Shown: positions 11,150 through 23,249, numbered from the stretch's first letter. The stretch is DNA of 64,000 nt from Lama guanicoe (GCA_013239625.1 MU056898.1:1207717-1271716), one strand, 5' to 3'. Made by a program: numbers and translations. The notes: generated by a model not told the origin, from the sequence alone.

Positions 11150-12030
11150 ATGCCATCACGATGCTGCGAGGACGTGGGGCCTCAAGTGCTCTCATGCATC
11201 ACTGGTGGGGGTGCAACACGGCGTGGCATCTCTGGGAGCCAGCGTGGTGGTTCTTTACAAAACGACCATATGGTCCAGCAGGCACACTCCTTAGCGTTCG
11301 CCTAAAAGAACAGAAAGCTGTTTTTTTTTTTTTAATTTTTATTAATGGCAGTACTGGGGATGGAACCCAGGACCTCGTGCACGCTGAGCACACGCTCCAC
11401 CACTGAGCTGCACCTTCCCCTCCTGCTGCTTTAATTATAACTACCAAACCCTGGAAGCAACCAAGCTATCTTTCGGGAGGGGAATGGATTAGAGCAACGT
11501 GGTCCGGCAGACAGTGGAACGTTGCTCAGTGCTGCAAAGAAATGAGCTATCAAGTCCTGGAAAGCCACCGAGGAACCTCACACGCGTATGCTGCCAAGTG
11601 AAAGAAGCCAGCCTGAAAAGGCTCCACACTGTGATTCCACCCCTGTGACCTTCCGGAAAAGGCAAACAGGGACACCCTGGGACGACCAGCGGTGGCCAGG
11701 GCTGAGGGGCGGGAGCGGGGCAGGCTGGGGCACAGAGGGTGTTCGAGGCAGCGAAGCTGCTCTGTGTGACGCTGACGGTGCTCACACGCCTCTGTTTGTC
11801 CAAACCCGCAGAGCGCACAGCCCCCCCCCCCGAGTGAACTGTGTTGTGCGCGCTGGGCTTTGGTGACCATGTCGTGTCCAGGTAGGTCCACCAGGCATAC
11901 CGGCCGCCCCTCTGCTGCGGGGCGGTGACCACGGGGAGGCGGTGCCTGTGTGCTGGTTTCAGGGGAGCTCTGTATCTCCCGCACAATTCTATGAACCTAA
12001 AACTTCTCTAAACATCTTTAAAAAAAGAGA
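11150..12030 (+). mobile_element. L1MC-type 3' end with A-rich tail (interrupted by a SINE)
   Basis: agaaatgagctatcaag, aagtgaaagaagccagcctgaaaaggct and tatgaacctaaaacttctctaaa are L1MC1/2-like 3' UTR hallmarks. Confidence 0.85.
11321..11420 (-). mobile_element. tRNA-derived SINE, camelid Vic-1-like (short form)
   Basis: Reverse complement GGGGAAGGTGCAGCTCAGTGGTGGAGCGTGTGCTCAGCGTGCACGAGGTCCTGGGTTCCATCCCCAGTACTGCC followed by an A-rich tail. Confidence 0.88.
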
Positions 12031-12039
12031 GGGGATAAA

Positions 12040-12990
12040 AACTAAACTCCCAGTTTGCTCCTATTTTAAATGTACAGTTAGGTGTCTTTAGTAAGTGTGC
12101 AGCCGTCTCCACGGTCTAACGCCGGCACGTTCCCGTCACAGTCAGCGTCTGTTCCCACCCGCAGCCCCGCCCGCCACTGAGCTGTGCTCTGTCCGCAGGG
12201 GTGTCTTCTCCGGACACTGCACGTGGAGGGGAGCGCACAGCACACGGGCGTCTGTCTGCTCTGCCCCCGAGCGTGCCGTGTCGAGGGTCCCCCACGCTGC
12301 CGCAGAGCCAGCCTTCATTGCTCTGAGCTCCTGGTGACGCCCACGCTCCGTCGCCTGTCCCTTGTCGCTGCTGCTTGGCTGCTGTGAGCACCTGAATGTG
12401 TGTCAGGTTCACATTCTCTTGGGGGGGAGTGGGGTTGCAGGATTGTATGGAAAGTTTATGCTTCACTTTAGGAACTGCTGAAGTGCCTTCCAGAGCAGCT
12501 GCGCCGTTTCCCGCTCTGCTGCTCCCCGTCCCCTCCGCGGGGCGCCCTGTGGCTCGTCGGCTAGAGCATCCCGAGGGCTGACGCGGGGTCGCAGCGCGGG
12601 CACATCCTCCCTGGTGAAATGTCCGCATGAGTCTTTGGCCCGTTTTTCAGCTAGGTGGTTGTCACGGGGTCACTTTCTGAGCACTGTAGTGCCGATGGGG
12701 TCTGGCCTGCCCCTGTGCCTCTGCGGGGGCTGTGTGTCCTGAGGACTCTGCTTCCCCCCACTGTCGCCCCCCACTTTCTTCCAGAGGCTTTTATGTGGAG
12801 ACGTGTGGCCCGTGTCGGTTCATTTGGGCATGCGTTGTAACGGGGGGTCAGGGTCTGTTTGTTCGCACCCAGGTGTCCGCTGGCTGCTGCTCCCGCCAGC
12901 CTCGAGGGTGGATGCGCGTGTCGGTCTCGGCCTGGAGTCTCTGCCGTACCTGCATTGGCACCAGGACTGCGTCTTGACAGCGCGAGTCCC
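12040..12990 (-). mobile_element. L1MB-type 3' end, antisense, tail-to-tail with the L1MC
   Basis: ttttaaatgtacagtt...gtgtgcagccgtctccac and ggagtggggttgcaggattgtatgg...ggaactgctgaagtgccttccagagcagctgcgcc are antisense L1 3'-end patterns. Confidence 0.7.
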
Positions 12991-13009
12991 CCAGCCTCAC
13001 TGCTCTTCT

Positions 13010-13410
13010 TAGAGGCCGTTTGCTTCTCCAGGCCAGCTCCGGGGCTGGTGCCTTCCTCGCTTCCCTGGGACCATCAGGGCCCACTCCCGCCTCAGGACTT
13101 CTGCCTGCGTGGCTCTCTGCCTGCGGCGCGCTGTCAGCTCCCGCCCCGGCTCCCCTTGGGCTGCAGCGTCGCCTCTTGGCGGGCACCTCCGCCCCCCAAC
13201 CCCGCGGCGGCCTCCCCGCCCACATCCTTGTCCGCTATAGCGCGACCACCTCTGCAGCGCTGCCCATCTGTCCCCTTCACCTCGTTTTCACCCGTGTCCC
13301 TAGTCGGAATGTAACTTCCACCAGGGCGGGGTTTTTACCTGTCTGTCCAGACCGTGTCCCCCAAGCCTGGGACGGTGCCTGGCACACAGCACCCTCCGAC
13401 ATAACCGACC
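13010..13410 (+). mobile_element. L2 3' end
   Basis: cactcccgcctcaggac...ggaatgtaacttccaccagggcgggg...gtgcctggcacacagc matches the L2a 3' terminus. Confidence 0.7.
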
Positions 13411-13414
13411 GGCG

Positions 13415-13780
13415 TTCCTAAAGCTCCTGGGGCCGCGGCCGCTGCGACCCCACTGCTGCCTGGCAGGGAGGGGTGGCCTCAGAAACCCAGAGGCCTGACG
13501 GTCGCGCAGCCCCTGAGTCAGCTCCCTGCAGCCACTGTGACGAGTCGCCACATGCTGCTGGGCTCGACGCATACGGACGTGTCACGTGACAGCTCTGGGT
13601 GTCGGATCTCACTCGGCTGAAGTCACAGTGTGGAGGGCTGTGTTCCTCCCGGAGGCTCTGGGGAGAATCCGCTTCCTGTTTCTGGCTCCGGGGTGGGGGG
13701 CGTGGGGGCTCCTGAAGCCCTGTGGGCCTCGGGCGGGCGCCCAGGGTGACCTCCCGCCTCCCTCACCTTGCGCGCCGGCG
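13415..13780 (-). mobile_element. MaLR LTR fragment(s), MLT1C/D-like
   Basis: ctcactcggctgaagtcacagtgtggagggctgtgttcctcccggaggctctggggagaatccgcttcct is characteristic of antisense MLT1. Confidence 0.65.
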
Positions 13781-13956
13781 TCCGGATGCTGGTGATGCTG
13801 CGGTTCCTCGTGGTTGGGGAGAGGTAGGAACGGGGTAGAAACTGGAGGGAGAAGCATTTCCCTTGGCCAGCCGGGGCTCGTGGGGCGCTGCCACAGCAGA
13901 GGCGTCTTCTTCTGGGCACAACGTTGGTTGTCAGGCAGAGCCCCACCCCTGCCCCC

Positions 13957-14050
13957 GGGAGCAGGAGTCAGGAGACCTGGCTCCACCACCAACCGCTGTG
14001 TGTCCTCAGGCGAGTCACTGGACTTCTCTGAGCCTCCGCTCCCTCCTCAG
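13957..14050 (+). mobile_element. MIR fragment
   Basis: ggagtcaggagacctgg...gctgtgtgtcctcaggcgagtcactggacttctctgagcctc is MIR core. Confidence 0.75.
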
Positions 14051-14788
14051 GCAGAGCCTGCACTGCCTGCTGTGCTGGGCCGCAGTGAATTTTGCAGTGG
14101 GGACACTGCCTCCACGCAGACCCCTGGGACCGCAGGGCCGCTGTCCGGGCAGAGGGGCTGGGGGACCTGCCTGTCATTGATGCTGGGGAGCAGATCAGCC
14201 CTGGGAGCCGCCCCACTGCCCTCCGGGCCGGGCGAGAGCGTCTGGCCCGCTCCTTCCTGCAGGCAGAGCCGAGGCGCTTCTCGTTCATTCACTCCCCATC
14301 CCAGTCCCATCTTCTCCGGAGATGTCCCCCCAGGCTGGCTCTGCTGGGAGCCTGGTGCATGCCGTCCCGGGCCCCTCGGGTCGCCTTCCCTGCCTGCGTC
14401 CTTCCTCGGCCTCCCTCCTTCCAGAGCCTGCCCTCTCTCCCTCTCTCCAGTCTCTCCAGCAGTTCTGGGGTCCTCTTCCCTCACCTCCTGCTCTGTGAAG
14501 TCGTCACATCTCAGATCCAGGCCCTGCTGCACACGCGAGCAGGTGTTAATAGACTGCCGCCTCGCCAAAGGAGGGCAAGGCAGAAGATCTAAAACTCTTG
14601 TCTTGCCGAAAGCAGACAGATTGACTCGGAAATGAGTCAGTCGATAAAAGATGAGCTCCGCAAAGGCTTCCTCTCCGAGAGGAGCTCTCCTCCAGGGGGT
14701 TAGCTCCTGGAAGCCTGCTGTCGGAAGGTAACCATCCATGCAGCCCGCAGCGTGGACAGAGGGCGCCACAGCCCCTGCCCGCCCCTCG

Positions 14789-14815
14789 TAGCCGGAGCCG
14801 GAGCCGGAGCTGGAA
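14789..14815 (+). repeat. (GCCGGA)n hexamer tandem repeat
   Basis: gccggagccggagccggagctggaa seen directly. Confidence 0.8.
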
Positions 14816-15059
14816 CCACGACGGCCAGCATCCCGGCTCCCCCCATGCCCTTGCCACTCTGCTCACCAGAAACCCCTGGCAGCCCACCTGCCCAGGCGTG
14901 CGTGGAAGGAAGTTGCTGGAAACTGGTGGTCAGCAGCTGCTCTCCCGTCCCAGCTGAAGCTGTTGTGTGCCTCTGCCCTCTGGGTGGGGCCTGGCTCTGG
15001 CATGTGAGCACGTGTGCGTGTGCAAGTACACACGTGAGCGTGCAAGCACAGCTTCCAGC

Positions 15060-15145
15060 AGTTTGTTTCTAACTGACCCTCAGTCTCCCTGTCCATGAAA
15101 TGGGCGTGCCCGAGGGACCCTCGTAGGGTTGTCACAGGCTCAGAC
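15060..15145 (+). mobile_element. MIR fragment
   Basis: cctcagtctccctgtccatgaaatggg...cctcgtagggttgtcacagg. Confidence 0.6.
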
Positions 15146-18100
15146 CAGCCAGGGAGTGCAGAGGGAGTTCCACCTCATCTCTACGGGGCAAGTGCGTCCC
15201 AGGTCCTGCTGCCCGGGGAAGCCGTAGTCGGTGTGGCCCAGGCCCCCGTCCTGGCAGGGTGCGAGCTCACCAAGCAGATAAATACGTAAATAAGGTTAGA
15301 GAGCAGGGAGTTCCGCGGAGATACCAGACACGGGGCTCCCGAGGGGCCATGCCCGTGCCCTCGGCCTTTCTGACCGAGGCGGGGCCCGGTGTTCAGGGCC
15401 GGGTCCTCACAGCGGTGCTGGCGCTGCCGTTTCCCCGGAAGGCCCGGCCCAAATGTCCAGCTTCTCTGCTCCCGGCTGGGTGATGCTGGGCAGGGCACCG
15501 GTCCCCTCGGGCCCGTCCCCACGGGCCCGTCCCCACATCCATCCGTCAGAGGGCGGCTGCGAGTCGGGGGCGCTGGGCCTGGGGCTCGGGCTGCTGCGTC
15601 TCTGGTGAGGGAGCCTTCCTGAGGATGTGGCATCACACCAGCGCCTGCTTGTCAGCCGGGACTCCCGCCCCGTAATCTGGGGGGCTGTAATTGCCGGTGT
15701 CTTTTCAGATCCCTCTGTGCGAGGTGACAGGCTGCTTGCTGGAGTGAGCAGTTAATCACACACAGATGCCCGTTTGAAAGCCGGCACTGCGCGTACCCAG
15801 GGCGGGCGTCTGCCAGGCAGCCGGGCGGTGGGCATGCGTGCTGCTCATCTGCGTGTGATTCCAGGGCCAGAGTCTCCTCTCTCGTGTAAAACGTGCAATT
15901 TCCGGCCCAGCGGGGGAACACGGGCTCGTGAGGGAGAGACTGTTCCTGGGCCTCTGGCTCTAGACAGTTTGAGCACAGACGCCCCTCCCGCGGCAGGAGG
16001 TTCCGGCTCGTGGACGGTAGGGTCCTGTCCTCCTGCCCCTGCAGCCAGCAGTGGGGGACGGTGGTGCCGTGCAGGGCCCTTTCTTGGAAAGGCCTCGTGC
16101 CCAAGTGCCATGCAGGGAGGGGAGCCCGGAACCTTCAGCTGCCAGGCTGGTAGGGCACGTGCGGACCTCAGTGCCTGCCAGCCCACCAAGGTTCTCCTCC
16201 GGACTCGGGATCTGGGAAGGGAAGGCGGCTTCCAGGAGGACCGGCGGGAGCTCGGCGAGGCGTCCCAGAGCTTGAAGCCCACAGAAGGCCCCGTCCCCTC
16301 CTCCCGCCAGATGGCCAGCCAGGAGCAGGATGCACCCCCAGCCGTAGCCCTGCGCTGCCGGCTCTCGCGATCGCTAATAAAATTGCATAAATATTTGATG
16401 CCTAATTATTAAATATTTAAAAATGAAAAACTGAAATAGTTTAGAAGTTACCAAACATGAATAATTCAGCCCTGGGAGCGCGGCCCAGCGCTGGGCCGGA
16501 GCACAGCCAGTTCTCAGCGCCTGCTGGGGAGCCCCAGAGTGCTTCCCAAGGGGCCGGCTCCTCAGCCGCCCTGGTCCCACGGGCGAACCAGCTTCGTCTG
16601 AGCCGTGGGCCAGGGTAGCCAGTTCAGAGCCCGTCCCATCCCTGTTCTGAGCTTCGGTCTCCCTGCTGTGGGCCAGACGCTCACCCAGCCTGCTTACGGA
16701 TGTGCTGAGAAAATGGAGGCCTCGGAGAAAGAGCTTGGCACCATGCCCCAAGGAGCCTTCCAGGCTGTGGAGGAAGGGTTTGCGTGAACACAGGAGCCAA
16801 GGAAGCCCAGAGGGCAGAGGGCAGAGGGCACAGGATCAGAGGCACCCAGGCTTCCTCTGTGGCCTGGAGCGGAGCGGGAAGCTGGTGGTCCCGTCCCTCG
16901 GAAAGGTGGATGGTGCGCCGCCCGCCCTGGCACCCTGACCTCCCCCTGCAGCCTTCCTCGCTGGCCAGTCCCCAGGTCCTTCCTTGCTGCCCTTCACGCT
17001 GGCGTGCTGGGAGTGGCCCCCACATGCGCCACGGTGAGAAACAGCCGCTGACTCGGCCTGGCTCTGAGGGCTGCTCCTCCTGGTGGTGACATCTTCGTCT
17101 TTTCTGTGGTTTTTCTAAAGTCTGAAATCCTAGCATTGCCTAAGTGTTTTTTATTCATTTTTCAGAAAGAAAAATGACTGTCTTGAGTCCCCAGAGGAAA
17201 ATTTCAAAAGCTGCTTCCAGCCCCTAAACAGGTTGGAGCAGGAGCACCGGTAGGTGGCCCGTGACGGCTCCGCCCGCAGGGCCGGGTCCTCAGCAGCACG
17301 GGCTCCTCTCCTCTGGGCCTCTGGCCGGGCCGGCCCCTCCGCCCCTCGCCCCAGCTCCCCCTCGGCATCTGCACACCGGGTGTCCATTCAAGGAGCTGGG
17401 GTTGGGGTGCTGATGGGGGCCAGTCTGGCACCAGCCGCTCTTGGGGACGTCGACCCCCACACACCCTGGGGCCCCGGCTGCCCTGGGCTTTCCTCAGCCA
17501 CCATCTCAGGGACGAAAGCCTCTCGGAGCCTCTGTGGTCAGCACGTGCTTTTGTGAGGACCATGGCCGGGCATGGGCGTGGGCAGGAGGGGCGGAGGGGT
17601 CAGCCGCACCCCCCCCCGTCTGCCTTTGCGCCGAGGGCTGCCCTCCCTGGGCCACGAGGAGGCAGGCCCCGCGGTGGTCCTTCCTCCCCGCCGTGGGCTG
17701 GGCCGGTTCCTGGAGGCTCCCGCAGACGAGCCCAGCCCGGCCCTCCGTGCTCACGCTGCTCTCGGGGCCTCAGGGCAAGCACAGCTGTGGCTATCTCAGG
17801 CCACGGGTCGTCTTTTTGCCTAGACTCGCTGTATGCCTCACTCTCTCGGTCCTGGTTGTCCACCTGGCGTGTCCAGTCCCCCTGGGACCCTCCGGCAGAG
17901 CCATCGCCCACTCCCAGTGCTTAGGACACGCGGCCCCGTCAGCTGGGCGGCTGCTTCATTTCCTCGGCCGTGCTCCCCTGTGGTCCCCGGCCCCTGCGCC
18001 CAGCCCCTCGCTCTCACCCCGGTCCAGCGCTCCGCGACTCCCCTCCCCCCCGGCACGTGTGTCCCTCTGCAGGGCCCCGGGCCCCAGCACTGTGTCTCCA

Positions 18101-21100
18101 CTCGGCCGGCTGTCCTCCAGCAGCTGGGAGCGGCAGGGCGAGCGTGAGAACGTCCCTTGTCAGCTCTCAGACTGGGGCGCGCTCTGGCGGGAGCTACATG
18201 GGCTCCCCGCCGCGGGCGGGTCGGGGCTGTGCCGGGCGGGGCTCCGGCTCCAGCCACATCTGCGTGATCCGAGCCGGCCACGTGCTGCCGGCTCGGCCCG
18301 GGGAGGCGCGTCCCGGCGTCTGGAGGCTTTCCTTGTGGTCTCCTTGGCGTTTTTTTCCCGTCCGTGGTCTGCAGGCTCTTTGTATAGAATTTCTGCTAGT
18401 TGGAATCTCTTGTTTTTTCTTTGCTGTTGTCCCTGTCTGGTTCTGGTCGCGGTTTCAGCAGGGCCCCTCTGGGACGTGGCTTCTGCTCTCTCTCTCTCAG
18501 CCCCTCCTGGACGGCCGTCCGCGTGGGTGTAGCTCCGGTTGTAGGGGGACTCTGCTTCGCTCCGGCGAGGGCGGAAGTCGCTGTGCTTAAGGCTTCCTGC
18601 TCCTGCAGGTTTCATTCTTGCCCTTTGGTTAGGAATTTCCTGCAGTGTCTGGCGGGGATGGGGGTGCTGGCGTGGGAGGGAGTGGACAGTTCTTTGGGTT
18701 GGGGGCGCTGGCGGTGGGCCTCCCTCTGCTGAGGGGTCGGCGGGGAGCTTAGCTGCCAGGCCCTCTCCCCGCCCCACCGCGCCTGCCCTGCTGGGCGCAG
18801 AGCCACCAGGCGAAGTCACTCTCCCTCTGGTGACTGAGTACAGGGAGGGGGTGAAAGCCCTGCGGCCCTGCAGACCCCCCACTGGGTCAGCTGGGCTGGG
18901 GGCGGGCGGCTGCAGGTGACTTCTCCCCCAGACCCGCTTCCTCCTGCCCCCGTCCCCGCACAGGTGTGGAGCCCAGTCAGCATCGCGTAGGTTGGCTTCT
19001 TGGGAAACCGGTGGCTGAAACGGAGGCGGGTGCCACGGCCAGCGGGCTGCCCGGCGCCTCAGTTCTGCCTGCGGGCGTGAGGCTGGTGCCCGGGACGGGA
19101 GGGCGTCTTGCAGCGCTGGCCGCAGCTGCACTCTTGGTCTCGTGGTTAAGCCGGTCACCCCTTCTGGCTCAGCCTCGTGTCCGGCCTGTCAGACCTGGTG
19201 CCTCCTCCCCAGGGGGCGGGGGCCGAGCAGTGGACACCCCCTCGCTAGACCCTCAGAGCCCCGGCTCCCGTGCCTCCCAGCCCTTGGCCCCGCCGTGCTC
19301 CCGCCGCCTCCCCGGCCTGGGGCGGTGAGTCCCTGCCCCCCAGGCCTGCACCCGGCTGCTCCTCACCGCCTGCCATGTGTCCACCCCCGTCTGCTGCCTC
19401 TTCCCCCTCTCCCCGCGGCTGCAGCGGGGGCAAGAGTGAGCGTGCATTCCGCTCGCCGTGTCTGGGATTGGGGCTCTTGTGTAAACCTCCATCAGGTTTT
19501 TGGGGGTGTGACGAGGGTTATGGAGAAGTGGCCATTCACCTGCTGTCCTCTGGGCTCCTCGAAACGCCCTGGGGACACGGCAACAGCTGAAAGACCGGGT
19601 CCTGGCCTCCTGAGCTCGCGTCTGCTGGAGGAAGCACCCGCTGGGCAAAGGCTGCCTTAAATACTGTGCCGTGGGATGACGGCTCCTGTGGAGGAAGCCC
19701 CGTGCCCCCTGAGAACTCGTGCAGGGACCCGGTCCCCGGAGGTGGCGTCCCAGCGGGGTCTCATCCGCCCTGCTCTCAGCGCTCCAGGACGAGGGTTGGC
19801 CCCGCCTTCCCGAGTGTGGGGCCGCGCCAGGCCCACAGCCGTCAGCCCAGAGCAGAGGCCTTCCCACCACTGCCGCCCCGCCCCGCCCCCTTTGGCCTGC
19901 AGACCGACAAGACGGACGTTGAACGGCTGTGGAGCGGCTCTCTGAGCGAAGCAGGCGCACAGCCGGGCTCTGCCGGGTGGCACACCGCCTGCTGGGGCCG
20001 GGCAGAGACCACGCAGGGCTCCGGCCTTCGTCCGCCCGTCCACCTGCCTGCCTGCCTCTCGCTGGCTCCACCCGCCCCTCTAGGGAGAACCAGCCCCCGA
20101 GTTCTGGGCTGTGAACTGGGTCTCCAGAGATGCCCGCCCTTAACTGCTTCTTTATCCTGACGGCTCTGCTCCCGGGGTGAAGCGCTCCTGCCAGCCTTTA
20201 CGTAACAAAGTGCAGTTTATTTTTGCTCCACGTCCTTCCCACGGAGCTTCACAGCTGCTTCTGCAGTTCCAGGAGGAGCAGGCGTCGGGGATGGTGGCGG
20301 ATGGGGTAGAGGTCAGAGCCGGCGCACGGCCCCTTGGACATGGCTGGAGGCAGCCTGTGGGCCTGGGCCGGGCGCTCCTACCAGGGCAGAGGGCAGACGG
20401 CGCTGCCCCTGACCTCCATGTCCGTCCCTCGCCTGCACCCCCGGGCCCGCCCTCCACACTGGGGCTCTGGGCGATCCAGTCCTCTGTTCCCTGATGTCCA
20501 CTTGTCCACCAGCCTTCCTCCCCGTCCCTTTCCCTCCCCAAGGACTTGCAGAACCCCTGAGGGGAGAGGGGCCCAGGCTGGGGGTGGGGGATCAAGGAGA
20601 GAGGGCTTTGGCTCGGAGGGAAGGTGGGCAGCACACTGGAGGGCTGGAGGGCAGGAGAGGGCTGGGCCGCGTCTGGGCCTCTCTGAGTGCTGATCTCCTC
20701 CCTCACTGGCGGCACGGGGAGGGGGTGAGGGAGGAGAAGGGAGGGACAGGAGGGGAGGGGGCCACTTGGAGGTCTTCATCCCAAGCATCCGGTGACACCG
20801 TCCGTGGTGCGCCTGAGCGGCCTGGGACATGCATGGGGCAGTGAGGTCCCCCGGCAGGACCACTCGTCTGCCCTGCTGGCTCTGTCTGCCCACGTGTGGT
20901 CATCGCCCCCGGACAGGCCTGTGACCGACCACCGGGCCTGGACGGGACAGCTGTGCTGGTGGGTGTGGGGCGGGGTCACCGCAGACTCCTGGGATCCCGC
21001 TGCGCACAGGCCACCCAGCCCCACCAGAGGACGCGCCTCTACTCCGGGAAGAGGCTGTGTCAGAGCACGGCCTTTCCCAAGGAGGAGGGCTATCTTTTAT

Positions 21101-23058
21101 TTATTTAATCCAAACCGTCGTGTAAATTATTCATTCGCGTTTATGTAAGCAACTGAGCTACTGGGACCATGGGGTGGGCAAGACACTGACTTTGTCCCAA
21201 ATCACAGTGCTTGGTCACGGTCCCCCCGGACTCACGTCACTGGGTGGGCTGTGTTGGAAGCTGCGCCCCCTTGCCCCACCTGGACAGGGCGGACCAGGGC
21301 CCATGCCCTCCCTTCCTCTGGCAGGCCTGTGACCTGGAGGCCGCCGCTCCACTGAGCCCACATTCCGGCCCTGCCCCGTGTGCCAGGAGCGCCTGCGGGG
21401 GGTCCCAGGGCGGCTGGGCAGGCGCGGGGAGCATGCTCCCACAAGCGGCAGGTGGCACGTCCCAGCCCGAGGGTGAGGCCCTGCCTACTTGTGGGCGTCT
21501 GGGAACTGAGTGACGGGCCGCATTTTGATGCCTGACGGCAGAGGGGATGTTTTCTTCTCCAAGGTCAGGCCGCATTTATTACCAGAATTTAATTTTCCCA
21601 TTGCACATCTGCGATCTTGTAAAGACCGTGCAGTCTGACACAGGGGAAGCATCACCACACAGGCCGGTCACTCTCCTGATTTCGTAGTCCGGCTCCTTGA
21701 CTGATCGGGAGCTCCGTGTCTACGTCCCCGACGGACAGGCTCTCAGCTACAGGGAGGGTGTCCCAGGCAGGCAGGGCCGGGTCATGTTGCGGGGCGGGTG
21801 TGGGCAGGGCCGAGGCAGGTGGGTGGGCGCCCGGCAGCCCAGGTGCTGCACAGAGGCTGCGGGGAGCGCTGCCCGTTCCTCGTTCAGAGCCAGGGCGCCT
21901 TCCGGAGTGTGTGAGAGGTAGCGAGGCTGTCGGGAGTTTGGCCCTGGGCTCAGAGAGCCCCGCCTCTGCTGTGAGCCTGTGGCCAGGGGGCTCAGCACTC
22001 ATGTCCCTGCTTGTAAAGCGGGGAGGGGCCCCGCACCCCTCACAGCTGTGGGCTGCGGAGCGTGTGGGGCTCGTCGAGCTCCGAGCTCCCCCCTGGGCCC
22101 GCCCAGCCCCCGGCCACCAGCCCTGCGGGCCCTGGCTTGAGCCACCTGACGGCAGGGAGGGGGGCTGCTCCACTGGCTGTCTTTCCCTCAAATGCAGGCT
22201 CCCCGTCCCGTCCCCCTCCCCTCCTCCAGAAAGCAACCCCGGCTGCCTCCGCTCACCCTCTGCTGGCCCTGCCTAGGAGCCGGTGGTTAGCTGGTCCTAG
22301 GCCGGCCTGAGGAGGTCATGTCCCCATCACAGAGGGGGTCCAGGGACTCACAGCCCCCAGGGAGGCAGGACTCACACGAGGCTGATGACTCCAGGCCAGG
22401 GATTTTCCCACGACCCCCAGGGCGACTCCAGACAGACCACGGGGCAGCCCCTGGCCTCAGCGACAACTCGCTAATTAAGGAGGAACAGATCAAGGTTTAA
22501 GTACTGGGAAGGCGCCGTGGGTGCAGGAGTCATGGTGATGGCCGTGTCCGCTGGTGGCTTCAGACAGCTGGTTTCTCCCGGTCAGGCTGTAAACCTGGTG
22601 GGGGTGGCAGTTGGGTCTGGTTTGGGGGGGCCCTCTGCTCTGAGATACCCAGCTAGATGGGCTGGGGGTGGGTTCAGGATGGTGGACCCAGGGGGTCTCC
22701 CAGACCTGCCGCCTGTCCTCACCCAAGGATCTGGTCTCCAGGTGGCAAGCAAGGTGGCCCCCCGGCCACGTGGTGCAGAGTCTCCATGTGAACTCTGCTC
22801 TCGTGGCTCCGCCCTCTCCCTGCTCCCCAGAGCTGGCCGTGCCGTGGACGCCAGCCCCAGTGGGGACTTGGCTGCACACGGGGAGGTGTCTGTCGAATCA
22901 CGCATGGGTGCGGGCAGACCCAGGGCTGGAGTCCACGTGCACCCTGGCCGGGGGAGTGGGGCAAGCCTATACCCGTTGCAGCTGGCCTGTTGCCATGCTG
23001 TCCCGTGTCTGTCCTTGTGAGACGGGCTGGGGACTCACCACCTCTCCTTCCCCTGCAG

Positions 23059-23249
23059 AGCTGAAGAAGCAGGTGGAGAGCGCAGAGCTGAAGAACCAGC
23101 GGCTGAAGGAGGTCTTCCAGACCAAGATCCAGGAGTTCCGAAAGGTGTGCTACACACTCACAGGCTACCAGGTGGACATCACCACGGAGAACCAGTACCG
23201 GCTGAGCTCCATGTACGCCGAGCGCAAGGGTGACTGCCTCATCTTCAAG
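23059..23249 (+). CDS. MAD1L1: MAD1L1 penultimate coding exon (191 nt, phase 1 start, phase 0 end); Mad1 C-terminal coiled coil and start of the RWD-like head
   Basis: Translates (E)[63 protein letters not shown], recognisable as Mad1 with the RLK and QYRL motifs. Flanked by acceptor cctctccttcccctgcAG (AG 23057-23058) and donor AAG|gtagga (GT 23250-23251). Confidence 0.97.

Larger units (their letters stand above)
1..23058 (+). other. MAD1L1: MAD1L1 intron preceding the penultimate exon (5' end outside window)
   Basis: No upstream Mad1-like exon found in any frame. Ends with a candidate branch site ctcac (23034-23038), a pyrimidine tract and AG. Confidence 0.8.

Noticed and set aside
11340-11420. 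Possible tRNA genes (also 8240-8312)
   Set aside because: The tRNA-like heads are followed by SINE body and A-tails and have degenerate stems, so they are SINEs.
23057-23060. Tandem acceptor cAGAG
   Set aside because: Using the second AG removes 2 nt and breaks the frame with the expected phase-1 upstream exon. It is not a NAGNAG.
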